DNA from: Eledone cirrhosa
Lineage: Eukaryota
Assembly: GCA_964016885.1 (NCBI GenBank)
Contig: OZ024743.1
Span: 58,838,001 to 58,902,000, forward strand
Direction of reading: 5' to 3'
Length of the DNA: 64,000 nt
The notes beneath the pieces are model-generated. The model saw only the letters and a program-made list of their open reading frames with translations. It did not search any database and was not told where the DNA came from. Positions 57,012 to 64,000 of the stretch are shown here, in pieces. The translations under genes were made by a program, and so were the position numbers. Numbering within the stretch: the stretch's first letter is position 1; each line of letters begins with the position of its first letter.

Positions 57012-60000
57012 TTACAGACACATACTCAGAGAAGGCCCATTCATTCGGGCCATACTTGCTTCTCTCACCCATCTTTCAACAAAATGCTGGGAAGAGAGCA
57101 CTTCCCTCTCTACCCTGATTTTCCTTTTCAAATGAAATTTGAAAAAGTTAATCAGGGCATCACCGAAGAGGTAAGTGCTCGTCTTCAGCCCTTTCAAACG
57201 TGTCCACCATACTATCTCTTTCGCCATGGCCACCAGACAGATAAAAACTGCCTGCCCTTCCCGGCTAAAGGAAGGGGGCGGGGCAATCCTCACGATGGAC
57301 TCAGCTAATAGCCGGATCCGTCCTACACGTGACAGCAGGTGTTCGACATAAACCCACAAGTCAGCAATGCTCGGACACTGGACGAGTGAGTGCAGGACGG
57401 TTTAGTCGCCCTGCGCGCATCTCGGACATGCCCGGCTGACGGCAGCTCCATGCCTGTAGAGTTTATCCCGAAGTGGCAAAGCTCCTCGGTAGCACTGCCA
57501 GGCCAGGGATTTCTGGAAGTTGTCCATAGGCCCCGGCCCGAAAGTCCTTCCGAAGAGATTGGCTAGTTGATTTTCGTCGACGCCTAGAGTTTCTCCAAGT
57601 ACGTCGTCGCTCTTCCGCTCCACTAATCCCCTATAGAACGCCAAGGTGGAGTTTCCACCGACCACATTGCCCGATTCGTTGAGGGCTGTGAGCGCCTGAA
57701 GACGTTCCAGTCTCCAAGCGCTCCCTCTCGGTCTTCGCTTGACCCAGGACTGCAGCTCCGTCAAGGAGACGAGCTGGGGAAAAACGTGTCTAGCAAACGG
57801 CGACCACACCTGATCACCGTCGAGGAAGAGGTGGAGATGTCGTAGCCTGAGCGCGTGTCTGCGCATCATCAGCCACGGCTGGCCCAGCCCTCCACGTAGC
57901 GGGTGTTGACAGCAGATGGACCGCCTGACCATCGGAGCGCGCCCCTTCCACAATAAGCGAAAGAGCAAACGCTCCAGCGCAGTCAGGCGGGGCTTAGGAC
58001 AAGGTACGACGGTCAGGCGGTAGTAGATGACGGATGCGATGTACGCATTCGCGACCTCCGCTCGACCTTTCAGGGATAGCTTCCTCTCGGCCCATTTCTG
58101 GGTGAGGGAAGCCACCCTGCTCGTCACCTCGTCCCAGTTTTTGTCCGTCTGGAGGTCTGGACCGAACCAGACCCCTAGCAATTTAACCGGTCCGTCCGTC
58201 CAGCGGCCGACGACGCTGTTGGACGGCATGGACCTGCCTCTCCAGGTGCTGAGCTGCAGGCCCACTGACTTTTCCTGGTTGATCATTGCTCCTGTCACCG
58301 CTTCGTATTCTCTTAGTGTAGTGCCGATCGCCTCGATGTGTTTGGCGTTCGACACCACTACGGTGACATCGTCGGCATATGCTGACACGGATCTTCCGCA
58401 TCCTAGTTCGCGCGGGACCCCCCTCAACGTCTCCAGTTTGTGCAGTAATGGCTCGAGAGTCAATACGTACAATAGGGACGAGAGGGGACATCCTTGGCGG
58501 ACCGAGCGCATGATGTTGAACGGTTCCGAAAGGTGACCGTTCACTCTCACTACAGAGCAGATGTCGCTGTGCATGGCAGTGATCCAGCCTCTGAAGACGG
58601 GCCCAAAGCCAGCCGCCCTCAGGACTGCCGCTAGGTAACGATGGTCGACCCTATCGAAAGCTTTCGACTGATCTAAATTGATCAAAGACCCACCCGTGCC
58701 AGGTTCCCTAGCTACCCTCTCTACGATGTATCGCATGAGGTGGAGGTTGTCGTGGATGGATCTGTCGGGAATGGCGTATGTCTGTGCCTCTCCCACCAGA
58801 CGACCAACGACAAGCGCCAACCTCTTTGCTAGCACCTTGGCCAAAATTTTGAACTCTGTGTTTAGCAGAGTTATGGGCCTAAAATTATCTATGTTATCCC
58901 TCTTGTTCGGATCCTTTCTCAGAAGCGCCACCGCTCCTCGGCTCACAGAGCTGGGAATTCTCCCGTTCTGTTGCCAGTTGCAGTAGACGTCCGCCAAGAG
59001 GCCTCCGAACAAGTTTGGCATTTGTACGTAAAGTTCATAGAGCAGACCATCCAAACCAGGCGATTTACCCCTTGTGCAACTAGTCATTGCATCCCGTACT
59101 TCAGCGGTTGTTATCGGCTTTTCGCAACACTCCGCCTCAGTGGCCGAAAGCCGCGGCAGTCCGTCGAGGTAGACACTAAAGTCCATCCCTCGATCCGGCC
59201 CGCCACTGCCCCCGAACAGTTGAGCGAAGTGTCGCTGAAAAGCTTCACACATTTGCCCGGGATCGAGTAGCATGCGCCCGTCGTGGTCCACCAAAGACCG
59301 GATCGTAGCTTTGTTGCCACGACGCGCCTCCGCCACTCGGGCCCATTGAACGGCTTTCGTCCCCTCGTGTCAGAGAGCACGCACCCTAGCTCTGACAACG
59401 CAGCCTTCGTGCTTTGCATTGAAGAATTGGTAAAGGGCCAATTTCGCCGCAAGTACGTCGGTCGCGATGCCTTTGCTAAGCGCCTCATCTAATTTTCTAA
59501 CTAATTCTCCCTCTGCTCTATTTTTCTCTATTGCTAAACTCTTACTAAGCCTATGCTAGACCTATCTATTTCCCTACAAAATACTCTATCTAGATATGAT
59601 CTGGATGACCCTATGCGATTTGTCCAAGTCCACATTGGTACATTCGGGAAATCCATTCGGTACCTGTCAGACAGTTCAAAACGTCTGAGCAAGTTGGTGA
59701 GACTCTTGCACCCTCCTTCCCTATCCACTAATCCCACACAATCCCAGCGTGCATCTAAGATCCCGTTCCAGTCGCCCACTAACACTAAAGAGCGGGACAT
59801 TCCAAGAAAGGTCTCCAGACGCCGGAAGAAATCAGGCCGCCCTGCTCCTGTCGGGGCATAGACGGCCACTAACCTGAAAGCTTGCCCGTCTCCGCTGGTC
59901 ACGTCCAGCACCACCAACTTACCTTCTGGGTCCAGGAAGATGGCCCGTATGGCAAGATCCAAACCTCTCCGAAAAAGCACATCAACTCCTCCCCCCGATC

Positions 60001-60193
60001 CCGGACGGCTGGGAGATGCGTACACATCCCAGCCGCCGAAGATCGGTGCGAAAGCCTGTGCTTCGGAGATTCTGGTCTCGCTGATGGCCACTACATCTAT
60101 GTTTAGTGACCTGAGGTCGTTGAGCAGGTGGCCCTGCTTCCATGACGATCCCAAGCCACGCGCATTTATGCTGCCTATTCTGAGTGAGGTCAT
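57012..60193 (-). pseudogene. Tx1-like ORF2 (AP endonuclease plus RT), disrupted
   Basis: SINARGL, ISET, VYAP, GDWN, SYLDR; KSPGLDG, LDQSKAFDRV, VRQGCPLS, AYADD. There is a frameshifting deletion near 59550 (no xDH endonuclease motif seen) and stops near 59370 and at 57402. Confidence 0.88.
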
Positions 60194-60505
60194 GTTGAAA
60201 AGGAGTGGAAAAGATGGGAAAGACCACTTACCTTACTTCTCGTAGGGGAAGGACGGTTTTTCCATCCTTTTCACTGCTTGTGGCCTCCTCAGGAAGGATG
60301 TCCTTATAAATCCTCCTGGAGAGTGCTTGTCGGAAGTCTCCGATGTCTTTGGGGAATTTTTGTTTTAGTGTCATGTACGTTTTCTGTGTGATGCGAGTGA
60401 TTTGTATGTGTGGAGGTGGTGTGAATTTTGGGGTTGTTGTGTAGTCTTTTTCTGTGATGCTGGTGTTGTGTTGGATGTAGTGTAATAATTGCTTGTTGTT
60501 CAAAT

Positions 60506-61675
60506 TTAATGCTGTGTAGTGTGTATCGTTTTGGTTGTTTTGTTTTGTTTGCGTTTGTTGTGGGTTTGTTTCTGTTTCGCATTTTGGTGACTTTGTGGTG
60601 TAGGTGATGGTGGTGTTGGGGTTAATGATGGTGATGGTGTTGGTGTTTGGGTTGATGGGGTTGGTGATGCTGGTGTGGATGGTGGCATATCTGTCCTAAC
60701 TTTTTTGTTTCTTAATTTATTTGTTTCCCTCTGTATTTTGTTTTTGGAGGGGGAAGGAAGAGAATTTTTTCTTTTTTGGTTTCTTTTTTTTTTTCCGGAT
60801 ATCGTTTCCCACTCCTCGTCGTCACAATCTGTCTCCAGTTGTGATAGGCCGGGGAGTGGAAAATCCTCCACAGCCGTTAGTTTTGGTTGTGGCGTGGTGG
60901 ATGGTGTAGGCGCTGGTGCTAGTTCTGAAGCGTTGGGTGGTGGTGGTGTTGGTTTTGCTGGTGGTGGTGGTGGTGTTGGTTTTGCTACTGTTGCTGGGGT
61001 TGTTGCTGTTATAGTTGCTTCTGTTGTTGCTGCTACAGTTGTTGCTGCCATCTCTGCTACTGGTGGTGTTGATGGTTGTGTCACTGGGGTGGGTAGGATA
61101 GGTGGCCTCAACCTTTTAGCCTGAGGGCAGAAAGCCCTTAGGTGGGTTTCTTCACCACAAACGACACACCTAGGTCTTCTACCCTCGACAATTACCGTGA
61201 GGTGGCTGCCGTCAGTGAGGTCTATTACTTCTGAGATCTCCTCAATGCTTTTTTGGTCCGCTTGGATCAGGAGCTCCATCCCAGATCCGGACCAGTTTTC
61301 CTGCTTTTCTTTTGCTATTGCTATTATTTTCGTGTTGGCTTCGATGCCGGGGAGGACGGCCGCTATTAGCCAGGGAATTTCGATGCCGGGTGGCACGTGG
61401 GTCACCCTGATCTTTAGGAGTCTCTGGCCACAATATCTTGGGACGAGTGTGAAGTCGTCACTTTTTAATGGGGCCATGGAGTGTTCTCTAGCCTCCTCTG
61501 GTGTTTCAAAGAACACGTCCACGGTTCCATACTTTTGCCCACGTCTGATGTGGGTTTTTCTTGCCCACACATGTCCCAAAGCTTTTTGGATTTGGGACTC
61601 GGATGCCCGTTCCACTCGGCGCGATTTTACATTTATTGTTCTATACGACACGGTGCATAGGGGCCGATGCTCCAT
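60506..61675 (-). CDS. Tx1-like ORF1 (gag-like, zinc knuckle, Pro/Thr-rich tail)
   Basis: VIVEGRRPRCVVCGEETHLRAFCP (CX2CX4HX4C); lies upstream of ORF2. Confidence 0.8.
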   Translation of the reverse strand: MEHRPLCTVSYRTINVKSRRVERASESQIQKALGHVWARKTHIRRGQKYGTVDVFFETPEEAREHSMAPLKSDDFTLVPRYCGQRLLKIRVTHVPPGIEIPWLIAAVLPGIEANTKIIAIAKEKQENWSGSGMELLIQADQKSIEEISEVIDLTDGSHLTVIVEGRRPRCVVCGEETHLRAFCPQAKRLRPPILPTPVTQPSTPPVAEMAATTVAATTEATITATTPATVAKPTPPPPPAKPTPPPPNASELAPAPTPSTTPQPKLTAVEDFPLPGLSQLETDCDDEEWETISGKKKRNQKRKNSLPSPSKNKIQRETNKLRNKKVRTDMPPSTPASPTPSTQTPTPSPSLTPTPPSPTPQSHQNAKQKQTHNKRKQNKTTKTIHTTQH

Positions 61676-62430
61676 TTTATTAGGTGGGGGGTGAGGCTGA
61701 CCCTGTACCCATCTTTCTTTACCATTTGTTTGGCATTTTCTAAATCTTCTTGAGTTACGGTAAATGCTTCGAATTTTTTTGCTACTCTGGCGAAACTGAG
61801 GGGGGGGGGTTTATAATGTCATTGTTGTTGTTGTTGCTATCGTTATTTGTGTTAATATTAATTTTCGTTTCAGTTGTGGTGGTGGTGACGTCAGTCGTCT
61901 TTGGTGCGGAAGAGTCCATTTTGCTTGATTTCATTTCGACATCACGAGTTAATTTATTTTTTTCTTCTTTTGTTTCTGTTGTCGCGGTGGTGGTGGGGAT
62001 GGTGGTTGTCGCGGTGGTGGTGGTGGTGGAGGCTTTAACACCCGCAGTCATTGGTAATGGCGGGAAATGAATGTCTGCCTGAGACAAATTTAAAATATTG
62101 CTACTGCTTATATTTTTTTTTTGTGTTGGCAAACGTAGTAACATTTACAATGGTGGTGTCGGTGTGAGGTGTTATTTTGTGAGGAAGGCTTTCAGCTGCT
62201 TCGTGCAGAGGGGAATTAGCCATTTTTTTCAAAGAAATTTTTGGATAATAATAGAAGTTAAAATTTTGGGCACAAGGACCCAATCTTTTAGGGTGTCCTT
62301 TTCGGAAAACAATGTATGTGTGCTTATAAACAGTTAACAATAAAATTTTCCATAAATGGCAATTTTTAACAAACGGAAATAACAAACCTTTGCGGAGCTC
62401 ACGATGATACGATTTGCTACGTAGGTCGCC

Positions 62431-62466
<36 letters not shown>

Positions 62467-62467
<1 letters not shown>

Positions 62468-64000
62468 CTGGTTGGACAGCTTGAGGGGAAAGAAAGAGGC
62501 AACGACTTGATCTCTGGGACGGAGCAAACTAAAACATTCTGGAGAGGAATATGGGAGCAGGATGTTAGACATAATGTCCAGGCAGGGTGGATTGAGAGAG
62601 TACAGAGGGAGATCGGTGAGCAGGCACACCAACAAACTCATTTGAGTATCACAGTTGAAACTCTTAAGGGGCAGGCCAAAAAACTAACCAACTGGAAATC
62701 ACCAGGCCCGGATGGTGTGCAGGGGTATTGGATTAAAAGTTTAACATCCCTCCACCCGAAGCTGACGGCCATGTTCAATGACTGCTTGGTGTCGGGTGAG
62801 GTGCCAGAGTGGTTGACAAAAGGTACCACAGTTCTGATAATGAAAGACCGAATCAAGGGTAATGATGTTACCAACTATAGACCTATCACATGTCTGTCCG
62901 TAATGTGGAAACTGTTGACGAGCATTGTGTCTGAGGAAATCTACCATCACCTCCACACAAACAACTTGTTGCCGGACGAACAGAAAGGATGCCGAAAGAA
63001 GTCACGTGGTACAAAGGACCAGTTACTTATTGATAAGATGGTAATGGGGAATTGCAGGAGGAGACACACTGATCTTGCCATGGGATGGATAGACTACAGA
63101 AAGGCATTTGACATGGTGCCTCATTCTTGGATCACCAAAAGCCTGGAGATCTTCAGGGTGGCAGATAACATCAGACAGTTGCTGGGCAGGAGTATGGGGT
63201 CCTGGGAGACAGAGTTGACATCAACTGGAGTATCCTTGGGAAGCGTGAAGATCAATAGAGGTATCTTCCAGGGAGATAGCCTGTCCCCTCTGTTGTTTGT
63301 CCTTGCCCTGATGCTCTTGACCATTATGCTGCGAAAAGTGAGAGCAGGATACAAGTTGGGAAAGGGAGAGCTTACCATCAATCACCTCCTCTTCATGGAC
63401 GATCTTAAGCTCTTCGGGAAAAGTGAGAAGGAGTTGGATGTGCTTGTTGACACTGTCCGTATTTTCAGCAGTGATATATGTATGCAGTTTGGTATTAGTA
63501 AATGTGGAGTCATTGTGATGAGGAGGGGTAGGTTGAGCAGAAGTAACGGGATCCAGATACCAACAGGTGAGATGATAAAGGAAATTGACTCTGAGGAAGG
63601 ATACAAGTATTTGGGCGTTCTGGAGGCTGATGGCATAAAGAACAAAAAAGTGAAGGAATTGTTAAGAACTGAATACATTCGGAGAGTAAGGAGCGTATTG
63701 AAGTCACATCTGAACAGCAGAAATGCCATAAGTGCAGTAAATTCCCGAGCTGTGTCTATTATTAAGTACAGTGCGGGAATTCTGAGATGGAATGTTGCTG
63801 AACAAAAAGAAATGGATAGGAAGACTAGGAAGCTATTGACTATCTACAACATGTTCCACAGGAGGAGTTATGTCGATAGACTCTACCTAAGGAGATCTGA
63901 GGGTGGAAGAGGTCTTATCAGCATAGAGGACTGTGTTCAGATGGAGAAAAACAACCTATACAAATACGTGACCTATAGTAAGAAGCCAATGCTCAGAACC
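62467..64000 (+). mobile_element. 5'-truncated Dong/R4-clade retrotransposon; RT frame runs off the window end
   Basis: Hand translation gives FWRGIWE...NWKSPGPDGVQGYWIK...NYRPITCL...WIDYRKAFDMVPHSW...GIFQGDSLSPLLF...LFMDDLKLF...DRLYLRRSEGGRGL with no stop seen. Begins directly after (AAT)n. Confidence 0.92.

Larger units (their letters stand above)
56770..62430 (-). mobile_element. Near-full-length Tx1/L1-clade non-LTR retrotransposon, defective
   Basis: ORF1 with a CCHC knuckle, ORF2 with AP endonuclease, RT and C-terminal CxxC; AATAAA at the 3' end; both termini abut (AAT)n. Confidence 0.92.

Noticed and set aside
58027-63729. Antisense ORFs over the Tx1 and Dong elements
   Set aside because: Shadows of GC-richer retroelement coding sequence on the other strand.

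Overview
This is AT-rich animal (eukaryotic) genomic DNA, dense in microsatellites and retroelements. The SINE family and repeat landscape resemble octopod cephalopods, which is an inference. The main content is one multi-exon gene on the minus strand (about 39589 down to 189), which I assembled by hand from GT-AG exons whose phases all agree. It encodes an astacin-family (M12A) metalloprotease-like protein: signal-like N-terminus, propeptide ending RRKR|AA, astacin domain, 6-Cys EGF-like exon, then two tandem copies of a 105-nt Cys-rich (ShKT-like) exon. Two features stand out. (1) The zinc motif reads HELGHVIGLVKQHVRPDRD, so the third His and the following Glu are replaced by Lys and Gln, although the reading frame is intact. 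(2) The duplicated Cys-rich exon differs between copies at 19 of 105 nt, and all 14 changed codons are non-synonymous, while the co-duplicated intron differs by only about 2%. Codon phase and cysteine count suggest the two copies are mutually exclusive cassettes. The rest is retroelement DNA: Penelope-like fragments with minimal hammerhead ribozymes and inverted repeats, Dong/R4 elements in (TATG)n and (AAT)n tracts, a near-full-length Tx1/L1 element in (AAT)n, RTE and CR1 relics, SINEs, and a perfect (GTC)240(TTC)117 tract. All counts are by hand and no searches were run.
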